NCBI RefSeq assembly: GCF_006345805.1
Contig: NC_043015.1
Location: forward strand, 42,718,001-42,782,000
Length of the DNA: 64,000 nt
Source of the DNA: Octopus sinensis
Taxonomy: Eukaryota
Reading direction: 5' to 3'
Positions within the stretch are counted from its first letter, which is position 1. Each line of letters begins with the position of its first letter. The notes under the pieces were generated by a model. That model searched no databases. It had not been told where the DNA came from and was given only the letters and a program-made list of their open reading frames with translations. The position numbers and the translations under genes were made by a program. Below, piece by piece: positions 27,421 through 39,882 of the stretch.

Positions 27421-27825
27421 TATGTATGTATAGATCCTATATATATGTATTAGATAGATAGATAGATTGATAGATAATAGATAGATAGATAGAAGATATA
27501 TAGATAGATGATGGATAAATGGATGTTTGGGTGGATGGATGGATGGGTGGTTTTATGGGGAATGGATGGATGGATGGAAGGAAGAAAAAAGAAGAAGAAG
27601 AAGAAGAAGAAGAGAAGAAGAAGAAGAAGAAGAAAAGGAAGACAGAAGAAGAGAGAAGAAGAAGAAGAAGAAGAAGAAGAAGAAGAAGAAGAAGAAGAAG
27701 AAGAAGAAGAAGAATCCTTTCTGCAATAGGTGCAAGGCCTAACGTGAGGGGCCAAGTTGATTAGATTGACCCCAATGCCTGACTGGCACTGAATAATAAT
27801 AATAATAACAATAATAATAATGATA

Positions 27826-27872
<47 letters not shown>

Positions 27873-28312
27873 TTTTTAAATATGCCACAAGGGCCCAAGA
27901 CACGCAGGACAATATCGAAGTACGCGTTACAGCACACAAAAATGAAACAAAACCGGGTGGGGTTTAGATCGCCCAAAGGGATTTAGAACCACATTAAGGG
28001 ATATAACATTAAGGGATATGATATATAATAGAAATTAGAGAAATAAATAATAGATAAGTAGATTATTAGGATCCCCAGTGATGGGGCAGTCCACTTAGGG
28101 TAATCCAGGGGTAAACCTCACACACAAAAATCCTGGATTACTCTGCCGTCCCCAAGGCAAGGAAAAGTACCCTTTTTCAGTTTTTTTTTCCTCCTGCTTA
28201 GAGAAGCATACTCAGGGTCGATGCGCTCGGTCTCACCGTGACTACTTCTGCTGTTAATACTACTGATACTACCACTACAAATGCTGCCTCTGCTGCTGCT
28301 GCTACTACTACT

Positions 28313-28343
<31 letters not shown>

Positions 28344-28390
28344 AGTTTTTCTTTCACATAAATTCCTATATGCTTTTCCCATCCATCCTA

Positions 28391-28985
28391 TTTCTTCACT
28401 ACCCACAAGGGGCTAAACACACAGAGGGGACAAACAAGGACAGACAAACGGATTAAGTCGATTATATCGACCCCAGTGCGTAACTGGTACTTAATTTATC
28501 GACCCGGAAAGGACGAAAGGCAAAGTCGACCTCGGCGGAATTTGAACTCAGAACGTAACGGCAGACGAAATACCTATTTCTTTACTACCCACAAGGGGCT
28601 AAATACAGAGGGGACAAACAAGGACAGACAAACGGATTAAGTCGATTACATCGACCCCAGTGCGTAACTGTTACTTATTTAATCGACCCCTAAAGGATGA
28701 AAGGGAAAGTCGACCTCGGCGGAATTTGAACTCAGAACGTAACGGCAGACGAAATACCTATTTCTTTACTACCCACAAGGGGCTAAATACAGAGAGGACA
28801 AACAAGGACAGACAAACGGATTAAGTCGATTACATCGACCCCAGTGCGTAACTGTTACTTATTTAATCGACCCCGAAAGGATGAAAGGCAAAGTCGACCT
28901 CGGCGGAATTTGAACTCAGAACGTAACGGCAGACGAAATACGGCTACGCATTTCTCCCGGCGTGCTAACGAGTCTGCCAACTCGC
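28391..28985 (-). mobile_element. Head-to-tail trimer of a tRNA-derived SINE (about 185 bp unit; gcctttcatcctttcggggtcgataaattaagtaccag core, Meta-domain-like)
   Basis: Unit starts at 28391, 28577 and 28761; similar multimers at about 1930-2340, 10330-10900, 19860-20420, 31010-31500, 35460-35835, 36066-36410, 53990-54500. Confidence 0.85.
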
Positions 28986-29389
28986 CGCATTTTTCTATCC
29001 ATCCTTTCTTTCCTTTTCTTTCTTGTTGTTCTCGGTGGTGGCTTTGCCTTACCTAGTTTTCTATTTCTTTCTTTATCATCTATTAATTACCTCTTTATAT
29101 GTGTAAGAACTCTTCATACAGGGAGACTCATATGCTCACGTAGTCACGTGATCCCAAAACTTCCATATATATTTGATTCATTGAGAAGACCACCACCAAC
29201 GAAAAGTTTTATCGAAATAATTACGCAACATCCCACGGAGCCGAGTTACGTAATGTATGGCGCATAATTATTAAGTATTTATATTCTCACCTTTAAAATT
29301 TTGAGAATCCCCACCCGCTACCCCTAGTATCACCACCAACAACAAGAACATCTCCCATTCCGACCCCGATCCAGGAGAGTTTTATTAGC

Positions 29390-30700
29390 ATCGGTGGGCG
29401 TGATCAGAATCACGCCCCTTCAATAATCAATATTCAAAAGAAATCATCTGGTAATTTTATATTTGACATAAGTCTCGGTGGGAGTGGCCAGAACCACGCC
29501 CCTTGCCAGTGACACCGCCTATCCATAGAGATCATATATTTGACATACGCTACAGTGGGATTAACCAGAACCATGCTCATTCCAAGAAGCAACGCCTATC
29601 CATAGTGATTGTAGATTTAACATAAGCCTAATAAGTATGCCTGAACTATGCCCCTCCTAGTGGCACCGCCTACTTATCATTAAACTTCGGGAATTAATGT
29701 AAAGTTGACATGTCTCAGTGGGCGTGGCCAGAACCACATTCTTTCCAGTGACAAAGCCTATTCAACAGTTAATATTCAAATGAAATCTTCTAGTAATTGT
29801 ATATTTGACATAAGTCTCTTTCAGTGACACCGCCTATCCATATTTGACAGAAGCCACAGTGGGTGTAGCCAGAACCATGCCCTTTCCAAGTGGCACCGCC
29901 TATCCATAGTGATTGTAGATTTGACATAAGCCTCAGTGAATATATTTTGAAGCATGTCCCTCCTAGTGGCACCGCCTACTTATCATCAAACTTCAGAAGA
30001 AATTATCTAGGTGTGGCCAGAACCGTATACACATAACCCAGTGACACCACCTTATCCAGAAATTTATATTCAAAAGAAATCATTTACTTAGTTATCTTTG
30101 GCATAAATCTCGATGGGTGGGAGCAAACCACGTATGCCCCACCCAGTGACAGAGCCTGCCCATCAATCAATATTCAGAAAAAAAATCATTGTTTGTAGAA
30201 TTGGCATAAGTCTCAGAAGGTGTGGCCAAAACCACACGTGCTCCACCCACTGACACCGCCTACTTATTCTCAATATTCAGGAGAAATCATCTATGATGGT
30301 AGATTTGGTAAAAAAAAAAAAAGTGGGTAGGTGTGGACACAACCACGCATACTCCACCCACTCACATTGCCTATTCGTAAATCAATATTCATAAGATATG
30401 CAGTGATTATAGATTTGGGATAAACCCCAGTAGTTGCAACCAGAACCATACATGCTTATCCATCATCCAGTGTCACCGCGTATCCTTCATCAATGTTCAG
30501 GAGAAATTATCTATGATTGTAGATTTGGTAAAAGCAGCCTTGGGTGTGGCCAGAATCATTCGCCCGCTTCCCACAGAGACAGACCATCTCTCGGCCAAAA
30601 TTCAGGAGTCATAATCAAGTGATTCTAGATTTAGCTTCAGCCTTAGTGTAAGCAGAAGTCCGCATATCCTCCCAGTTAGAGCCCCTAAGTTTTTCTCTTG
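29390..30700. repeat. Degenerate tandem array, about 14-15 units of 75-110 bp, with a roughly 305 bp higher-order duplication
   Basis: Recurrent gtgggcgtggccagaaccacgcccc...cagtgacaccgcctatcc...aatattca...tagatttgacataagtc; ccctcctagtggcaccgcctacttatcat at 29652 and 29958. Confidence 0.85.
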
Positions 30701-31586
30701 ACATTGCCGATCAAGATCCTTTGAGAGCAGAGTTAAAACAGCCAGCCGTCACTCGCGAGCGAGTACGAGCGCTAACCGCTGTATCACATCTTTTCGTTAA
30801 AACAAAGCTAGAAAATTTTTATTGTGCAAAGCTAACGTATTCATCTGTGCTGTGGCGCATTGCACGTTGATTCTCGACTATGGGTTGCGTGGTTAAGAAG
30901 CTGGCTTTGCAACCGCTTGATTTCGGGTTCAGTCCCACTGTGCAGCAACTTTGGGCAACTGTATTCTGCCAAAATCCCAGACCGACCATCAGGCGGCGAG
31001 TTAGCAGAAACGTTAGCACGCCGGGCTAAATGCGTAGCGGTATTTTGTCTGCCGTTACGTTCTGAGTTCGAATTCTGCCGAGGTCAACTTCGCCGTTCAT
31101 CCTTTCGGAATCGATAAATTAAGTACCAGTTACCCACTGAGGTCGATGTAAACGACTTAATCTGTCTGTCTGTTCATGTTTGTCCCTTCTGCGTTTGGCC
31201 CCTTGTGGGTAGTAAAGAAATAGGTTGAAATAGGTATTTCGTCTGCCGTTACGTTCTGGGTTCAAATTCCGCCGAGGTCGACTTTGCCTTTCATCCTTTC
31301 GGGATAGATAAAGTACCAGTTACGCACTGGGATCAATGTAATCGACTTAATCCGTTTGTCTGTCCCTGTTTGTCCCCTCTATGTTTAGCCCCTTGTGGGC
31401 AATAAAGAAATAAGAAACGTTAGCACGCCGGGCGAGATGCTTAGCGGTATTTCGTCTGCCGTTACGTTCTGAGTTCAAATTCCGCCGAGGTCGATGGAAT
31501 CAAGCCAGATTATCTCGTCTGGCTTGAACTCGGATCGTTGAGACCTGGAATAAATATGGAAAGCGCTCACCCGATTCTGCCAACTA

Positions 31587-32455
31587 TTAGGTTGTTCCGA
31601 AAACAAAGGCCACTCTAAATATCGTGTTCTGAAATGCAATTTTATCATAGTATTTTAATTATATTTTAGGTGAATTTACTTAATAATTGATGTGTACTCT
31701 TTAATAATTTTCTACTTATTTCAGGCAGAAAACATTCTTGAAGCCTACATTTTTTTTTTTGCATGAGTTCAAGCTTGGGCACAATGCCTCCCAAACTGCT
31801 GCCAATATCAACAGAGTATGGGGAGATGGGTCCACGAGTGATCGCACAGTACGAAGGTAGTTTCAGAAATTTCGTAGTGGTGATGAGAGCCTTGAAGATG
31901 AAGAAGGTAGAGGACGGTCATGCAGTCTTGAAAATGAACAATTGAAGGCAATTGTTGAACAAAACCTACATCAAAGTGTCAGAGAAATGTGTCAAGCACT
32001 TGGTGTTGGTATTGCAACGGTCTCACGCAATCTGCAGAAGATTGTTAAGTGAAAAAGCTCGAGAAATGGGTACCGCATGAGCTCAATGAAAATCAAAAAG
32101 TTCGGTGTTTTGAAATATGCTCGATGCTCTTTCTGCTAAACACGAATGATCCTTTTCTTGACCGAATGGTCACTTGTGACGAAAAGTGGATCCTTTATGA
32201 TAACCATCAACAATCAGGTCAATGGTTTGATCGTGATGAGTCCCCCAAACTTTTCCCAAAGCCGAAGTTGCATCAGCAAAAGATTATGGTGACTGTCTGG
32301 CGATCTACAATTGGGGTTGTCCATTATAGCTTTCTGGAAGCCAATCAGATCATTACAGCAGAGGTTTACTGCAATCAACTCGCTGAAATCCATGCTCACT
32401 TGCAAAAAATGAGACCTGCATTGGTGAATCGATGTGGCCCAATTCTGCCCCTTGT
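31587..32455 (+). pseudogene. Hsmar1-like (cecropia-type) mariner, left end plus 5' two-thirds of the transposase, truncated by a (TTA)n microsatellite
   Basis: TA|TTAGGTTGTTCCG left TIR; HEFKLGHNASQTAANIN...; WVPHEL, VTCDEKW, KPKLHQQKIMVTVW motifs; in-frame stop and frameshift present. Confidence 0.9.
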
Positions 32456-32473
32456 ACCTACTGCAGAAGGGAT

Positions 32474-32505
<32 letters not shown>

Positions 32506-32644
32506 ATTATTATTATTATTATTATCATTGTTGTTGTTATTATTGTTGTTGTTGTTGTTATTGTTATTATTGTTATTATTATTATTATTATTGTTATTAT
32601 TATTATCATCATTATTATTATTATTGTTATTATTATTATCATCA

Positions 32645-32677
<33 letters not shown>

Positions 32678-32889
32678 GAGAAGGTGGCAAGATAGGAAGA
32701 ATCGTTGGCACGCTTAGCGGCACTTGGTCCGTCCTTACTTTCCGGGTTCAAATTCCGTCGAAGTCGACTTTGCCTTTCATCTTTTCGGGGCCGATAAATT
32801 AAGAACCAGTCGAACACTGGGGATGGAGGGGGGGGGCATGTAATCGACCTATCCCCCACCCACCTCGAATTTGCTGGCCCTGTGCCAAA

Positions 32890-33097
32890 ATTTGAAGCAA
32901 TCATCATTAACAGCAACAACAGCATCGTCATCATCACCATCATCAGCGTCGTCATCATCATACTCATCATCATCATCATCATTATCATCATCGTAGTCAT
33001 CATCATCATCATCATCACCATCATCCTCATAGGCATCGTCATCATCATCATTATCATCATGCTCATCATAGTCATCATCATCACCATCATCATTATC

Positions 33098-33158
<61 letters not shown>

Positions 33159-33280
33159 CCATCATCATCATCCTCATCCTCATCATCATCGTCACCATCA
33201 CCATCACCATCATCATCATTATCATCATTATCATCATCAGCATCATCATCACCACCACCATCATCATCGCCATCATCATA
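32890..33280. repeat. Long imperfect (CAT)n microsatellite; (TTA)n tract at 32472-32676
   Basis: Direct inspection. Confidence 0.95.
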
Positions 33281-33628
33281 CGATGTGTGCTAGAAATAAC
33301 AATATCGACAATTGAAGTGCTTTACCGTTGTTTTTGTTGTTGTTAAGCGAGATGTTAGAGTCGGCGACGACACTTTGGATACCAAACATCAATTGTTGAA
33401 ACTCAGCGACGGTCGCTACGTCATCTGCTTCGGTGAAAGCAGTCAAACTGGTTGGGTGCGGATAAACGTACGCTATATGCAGGTAATTGCAATTAAATTA
33501 CCTTTGGTATGGTTTGTAAATATTACATTGTAATCTAAGCACAATTCCCTACTCCCAAAAAATACATACATATACATACATATATATATATATGTATATA
33601 TTATATGTATATATATTATATATATATG

Positions 33629-33701
<73 letters not shown>

Positions 33702-33826
33702 GTATATCTATATATAATACAAATATAATATATTATATATGTATTTATATATAATATATATATATATATAAATACACACACATATATATATATATATATA
33801 TTGTATTACATATATATATATATTAT

Positions 33827-33867
<41 letters not shown>

Positions 33868-33887
33868 CATATATACATATATATAAT

Positions 33888-33918
<31 letters not shown>

Positions 33919-33945
33919 TATATACATATTATACATATATATATG

Positions 33946-33977
<32 letters not shown>

Positions 33978-34399
33978 TGTATGTATGTATGTATTATGTA
34001 TGTGTGTGTGTGTGTATGTATGTATGTGTGTGTGTGTGTGCATTGTGTATTTTGAGTTAATTAGCTACGAATCAGCAACATGGACGAAATATTAAATGAA
34101 AACAGGTCGGAAAATTTGTCAAGGCAACAAACATCAGCCATCATAACTGTTGAGAGCTTTGCTCAATGGTGGTGGTGGTGGTGGTGGTGGTGGTGGAAGG
34201 AGGGCAGTATCGTTAATTTTTAAAAAGCATATGTCGTTAACTACACATAGCATATAGCTTTTTTTTATCCTTGGACCCTCGATTCCTAATGGAATCGTAA
34301 GAGTACTGCCATAACAAACGTGGTGCCTTGGACTTCAGTTGTGACAGACGGTGTCGTCTTGAACCTCGCTGTGTCACATGCCGGACCTTCAAACAATGT

Positions 34400-34668
34400 G
34401 CCTTGATACAGCGTGCTTTGGGCTTTGCCGTGGAACACAATGTGCCTTGGACTTCCTCGGCAATGAGGATACGGTGAGTGGTCACGTACAAGAGAAAAGC
34501 CGGCAGGCGCAGGAGTGGCTGTGTGGTAAGTAGCTTGCTAACCAACCACATGGTTCCGGGTTCAGTCCCACTGCGTGGCATCTTGGGCAAGTGTCTTCTG
34601 CTATAGCCCCGGACCGACCAATGCCTTGTGAGTGGATTTGGTAGACGGAAACTGAAAGAAGACCGTCG

Positions 34669-34722
<54 letters not shown>

Positions 34723-35455
34723 TGTGTTTGTCCCCCTAGCATTGCTTGACAACCGATGCTGGTGTGTTTACGTCCCCGTCACTTAGCGGTTCGGCAAAAA
34801 GAGACCGATGAATAAGTACTGGGCTTAAAAGAATAAGTCCCGGGGTCGATTTGCTGGACTAAAGGCAGTGCTCCAGCATGGCCGCAGTCAAATGACTGAA
34901 ACAAGTAAAAGAGTAAAGAGCAAAGAGAGGGCCAGTGAAACAGGAGATCGAAGGCCGAGGTCATATTTGCTGGGTAAGGTGGCTTGTTGTCATCCAATGT
35001 CATAAAACCGAACGTTGCATGTCTCTTCGGCGGCTCTTTGGATACGGGCGTTGAGGTCCGTGAGGTGAGATATGAGGTTGTAGCAAGGGCCACTGCGGAG
35101 GGTATACAATAATTTTAACAAGACGAAGCAGTTCCTTAACAGGAACAGTGTTGGGTGTGCGTCGATTATTTTCTTCAGCCTATCAGCCACTCTTTCAAGC
35201 TGAAGAAGCTTAGATCGGAGGGTGGACAGAATAGCGGGCGGGATGAAGGGCGAACCGAGGATAAGGACGTCATCTTTTGGGGTCACCTGTGTATGGTGAA
35301 GTAGAGAACATACGTCCGAGACGGAGGCCGCAGAGCCCTCTGCGTCGTAGTTGACGTTCACGACCTCCGATTTGGACGAGTTTATCTTGAGGCCGATCCT
35401 TGCTAAACCGGGAACCTCTAATTGGAGATCGTGGCAAATACACCCTACCGGCCCA
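34400..35455 (-). pseudogene. CRE-like (restriction-like endonuclease clade) non-LTR retrotransposon RT relic, split by a SINE at 34506-34920
   Basis: GLKINSSKSE...LILGSPF...LFLLRNCFVLLKLLYTLRS...QATLPSKYDLGLRS..LAL | PAFL resembles CRE-type post-RT motifs. Confidence 0.65.
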
Positions 35456-35836
35456 CCTATTTCTTTACTACTCACAAGGGGCTAAACACAGAGAGGACAA
35501 ACAAGGATAGACAAACGGATTAAGTCGATTATATCGACCCCAGTGCGTAACTGGTACTTAATTTATCGACTCCGAAAGGATGAAAGGCAAAGTCGACCTC
35601 GGCGGAATTTGAACTCAGAACGTAGCGACAGACGAAATACCTATTTCTTTACTACCCACAAGGAGCTAAACACAGAGAGGACAAACAAGGACAGACAAAG
35701 GGATTAAGTCGATTACATAGACCCCAGTGCGTAACTGGTACTTAATTTATCGACCGTGAAAGGATGAAAGCCAAAGTCGACCTCGGCGAAATTTGAACTC
35801 AGAACGTAACGGCAGACGAAATACCTATTTCTTTAC

Positions 35837-36065
35837 TAAGAGTCAACAAACAGAAGACTAAGATGATATACACACATATATTTTAGTACCATTACATATA
35901 CATTCACACGCACACTCACACACATACACAGTGGTTACATTCACACACACGCATACGCTCACATACAGTGGTTACATTCACACGCACACACACACAGTGG
36001 TTGCATTCACACATACACACATATACAGTCACACACACGCATATAGTCACACACACTGAGGTTAA
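35837..36065 (+). repeat. Left arm of a long inverted repeat flanking exon 36812-37105
   Basis: aacaaacagaagactaagatgatatacacacatatatttttagtaccattacatatacattc...cacactgaggttaa is the reverse complement of 37212-37614, apart from microsatellite copy number. Confidence 0.88.
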
Positions 36066-36539
36066 CACAAGGGGCTACACGCAGAGGGGGCAAACAAGGA
36101 CAGACAAACGAATTAAGTTGATTACATCGACCCCAGTGCGTAACTGGTACTTACTTTATCGACCCCGAAAGGATGAACGGCAAAGTCGACCTTGGCGGAA
36201 TTTGAACTCAAAACGTAACGGCAGACGAAATACCTATTTCTTTACTACCCACAAGGGGCTAAACACAGAGAGGACAAACAAGGACAGACAAACGGATCAA
36301 GTCGATTATATCATCCCCAGTGCGTAACTGGTACTTATTTAATCGACCCCGAAAGGACGAAAGGCAAAGTTGACCTCGGCGAAATTTGAACTCAGAACGT
36401 AACGGCAGACATTGTTTACATTCTCATAACTAAGCTACTCAAGAAAGGATGTCGTTAGAATAAGATCCAGATACAACAGCAGTAAAGAGTGAATGCCAAT
36501 TCTGAAGTTCCACCGTAAAAGTAAAAACATAAAATTATA

Positions 36540-36680
36540 TAAGGTTGTCCCAAAAGTTCGTAGAAAGTCTTTGAAAATAATGGTCTTTATTTTGAGGAAT
36601 AATTTTTGTTGTTTTTGTTAGTACTTGGCGAGTAAAAATTCAATTTTCGCAAGTGTTTACGAACTTTTGGGACAACCTAA
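36540..36680. mobile_element. Mariner-type MITE (141 bp, TA TSD)
   Basis: TA|TAAGGTTGTCCCAAAAGTTCGTA ... TACGAACTTTTGGGACAACCTAA|TA. Confidence 0.88.
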
Positions 36681-36811
36681 TATTTCGGGACGGTCATTTT
36701 TTTTTTTTTTTTTTTGAAGAACAGACTAATTAAAGGGACGAAATTCTTGCAAAATAAAGTTTATGATAGCCTCCCTTCGATTGCTAAATCTTTAGTGTTT
36801 GAAGATTAACA

Positions 36812-37105
36812 ATGGCCGTTATACAAAACATTATGGAGGGAGATCGACCGAAAAGCTTGGCCGAGTTCAAAGAAATATTCAATAAATGCATTGACCAGTA
36901 TTTAACAGACACTCCCACCGATTGTGTCATCTCGCAAGAGAAAGCTGGACGAATCTTGAAAGTCCTTCAGAACGATCCAGACTTTTCTGACTCGGAAATC
37001 ACGTCTTATGTGAAGCAGGACAAAATCCAACTCCAAGATTTCCCTTTACTTCAATTAAAGAATGTCTTGTGTACAGTGAAAAAGGGCCGGAAAACCGCAA
37101 ATAGG
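36812..37105 (+). CDS. Integrase-derived gene, coding exon 1 (KRBA2/SCAND3/NOL4-like N-terminus)
   Basis: 98-codon non-repetitive ORF MAVIQNIMEG...YVKQDKIQLQDFPLLQLKNVLC...ANR; donor gttcgt, phase 0; a possible acceptor tctttag about 17 nt upstream of the ATG suggests a 5' UTR exon further upstream. Confidence 0.8.
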
Positions 37106-37211
37106 GTTCGTTGAGTTTTAATTTGTTGTTAATGATCGCGTTGGTTTGTGTTTGGACCGTGGAAATTATGGATTGCCTCGGCGAACAAATAAACACATCT
37201 AATGTACAGTT

Positions 37212-37614
37212 TTAACCTCGGTGTGTGAACGTATGCGTGTGTGTCACTGTATATGTGTGTGTGACTATATGTGTGTATGTGAATGTATATGTGTGAATGT
37301 AACCACTGTGTGTGTGAGTATGCGTGTGAATGTAACCACTGTATGTGAGCGTATGCGTGACTATGTGTATATGTGAATATATATGTGTGACTAACCACTG
37401 TGTGTGAGTGTGCGTGTGACTGTATATGTGTGTATGTGAATATATATATATGTGTGAATGTAACCACTGTATGTGAGCGTATGCGTGTGTGTGACTATAT
37501 GTGTGTATGTGACTGTAACCACTGTGTGTGTGTGATTATGCGTGTGAATGTATATGTAATGGTACAAAAATATATGTGTTTATATCATCTTAGTCTTCTG
37601 TTTGTTCACTTTTA
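37212..37614 (-). repeat. Right arm of the same inverted repeat (internal CA-rich module expanded)
   Basis: ttaacctcggtgtgtg...gaatgtatatgtaatggtacaaaaatatatgtgtttatatcatcttagtcttctgtttgtt. Confidence 0.88.
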
Positions 37615-37736
37615 AGGGACATTTTGGGGATAATTTTACTTGCATAAAATAATTGCAACGTTGCTCTTAATTTCGTTTGGTATTAAATCTTTTAGTTATG
37701 GCAAAAACTTTTACTTTTTTCCCCGGGACGTCTCTG

Positions 37737-38424
37737 TATGTCATTACGGGATTTTAAATTTTGGCCACAAGTCCAGCAATTTCGGAGTAGTTGGGGGTAA
37801 GTCGGTTGCATCGGGCCCCAGAGTTCGACGGGTACTTACTTATTTTGTCGATCCCCGAGAGGATAAAAGATCAAGTCGTTCTCGGCTGAATTTGAACTCA
37901 GAACTTCGCTAAGCATTTTTTTCCTGGTGGGTTAACGAGTCTGCCAGCTTGCGGCCCGCTTCGCGTATTAATTGAAATAAATATTATAAGACCCGTGTGT
38001 GTAATTTTGATTGGAGTCAGATTTTCGTTTACGCATAATTATTTATATAAAGAACTAATAAGGAATTACAAAGTTGTAATTATGTCATTACGGATTTTAA
38101 ATTTTGGCCACGAGCCCAGCAATTTCGGAGTAGTTGGGGGTAAGTCGGTTGCATCGGGTCCCAGAGTTCGACGGGTACTTACTTATTTTGTCGAACCCCG
38201 AGAGGATAAAAGATCAAGTCGATCTCGGCTGAATTTGAACTCAGAACTTCGCTAAGCATTTTTGCCTGGTGGGTTAACCAGTCTGCCAACTTGCGGCCCG
38301 CTTCGCGTATTAATTAAAATAAATATTATAAGACCCGTGTGCGTAATTCTGATTGGAGTCAGCTTTTCGTTTACGCATAATTAGTTATATAAAGAACTAA
38401 TAAGGAATTACAAAGTTGTAATTA
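37737..38424. repeat. Recent tandem duplication, 344 bp period
   Basis: tcattacggattttaaattttggccac at 37741 and 38085; copies differ only by scattered substitutions. Confidence 0.92.
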
Positions 38425-39506
38425 TTTGTACAATTATTATAAATATGATGAATGCTAAAACTATTTGAAGAATCTAATGTTGAAATTGATATTTAGAAAA
38501 GTTTTCAAATGTATTGAGTTTCTCTCTCTCCAGATATTTTTTCGTCTTTTGCGAAAATGGGTTATATTTTATTTTTTGTGTGTGTGTGTACGTTTTGTTG
38601 TTGTTGTTTTTTTTTCTTTTAGATTAACATGAAAATCGTGGTTTTGTTGTTGTTTTGGTTTTGTAATCGTATATATTGGCGGTTTTTTGGGTTATGATCA
38701 CAAACTAAAACTGAAAACCGATATTGATTTTCGGCGGGGTAGAGAAAATCGTATTTTGATTTTTTGGGAGGAGGGGTCTTTTTCATTTTTATTTGTTTTT
38801 TTTTATTTCTTTTTTTTTTTTTTTGAGAATTGAAATCTCTGTATTTTTTGAAATAGGATTTTCAAAAAACAAATTCAAAAAAAATTTTTTTTTAAATAAC
38901 AAATGATGGGTGGAGTAAAAATTTTAATTATAAAAATTTTAGTTCTCGTTTTTGTTTTTTTTTTGTCTTTTTTGCACACTTGTAATCTCCACTGTTGTTG
39001 GAAATCTAAAAAACCAAAGAAATTTTTGAAGAAGAAACTAAAAATAAAAAAGAAACGGTGGTGGGAGGGGACTCTATTCAACAGCTTTGCCTTTATATTC
39101 CCTGTAATATCAGCTTCAAATTTTGGCACAAGGGCAGCGATTTCAGGGCATGGTATTAAGTCAATTACATCGACCCCAGTCAGCACTGGATTAACCATTA
39201 AAAGGAAGGATGAGGCGGGGGGGGGGGCACCACAGAAATAGTAAATGGTTTATACCACAAAAGACATCACTTTCAACTTGCTAAAATAACATTCAGGATG
39301 CCTTTATCTCTACTAAGTACAGAGGCAGATGTGTTGGCGCAGGAGAGGCTGTGTGGTAAGTAGCTTGCTTACCAACCACGTGGTTCTGGGTTCAGTCCTA
39401 CTGTGTGGCACCTTGGGCAAGTGTCTTCTACTATAGCTTCAGGTCAATCAAAGCTTTGTGAGTGGATTTGGTAGACGGAAACTGAAAGAAGCCTGTCGTA
39501 TATATG

Positions 39507-39539
<33 letters not shown>

Positions 39540-39849
39540 ATGTTTGTGTCTGTGTTTGTCCCCCCAACATCGCTTGACAACCAATGGTGGTGTGTTTACG
39601 TCCGCATAACTTAGCGGTTCGGCAAAAGAGACCAATAGAATAAGTACTGGGCTTACAAAGAATAAGTCCTGGGGTCGATTTGCTCGACTAGAAGAAACAG
39701 CTAAAGTCCAAACCACTAATTATGGATAAATTCTCGAAGGGAATGAAAAATAAAAACATTTACCATCTATTTCCTGGACTAATTTTTCTATACACTAGGC
39801 CACTGGTAGTAAAAATTTCTAAAATCTTTATTACCCTGATATTATTAAT

Positions 39850-39882
<33 letters not shown>

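Noticed and set aside
29390-30700. CRISPR-like repeat-spacer array
   Set aside because: Eukaryotic context, units homologous along their whole length, no identical repeats with unique spacers, no cas genes.
32214-33346. Poly-I/M/Y ORFs up to 260 aa
   Set aside because: (TTA)n and (CAT)n microsatellites lack stops in some frames.
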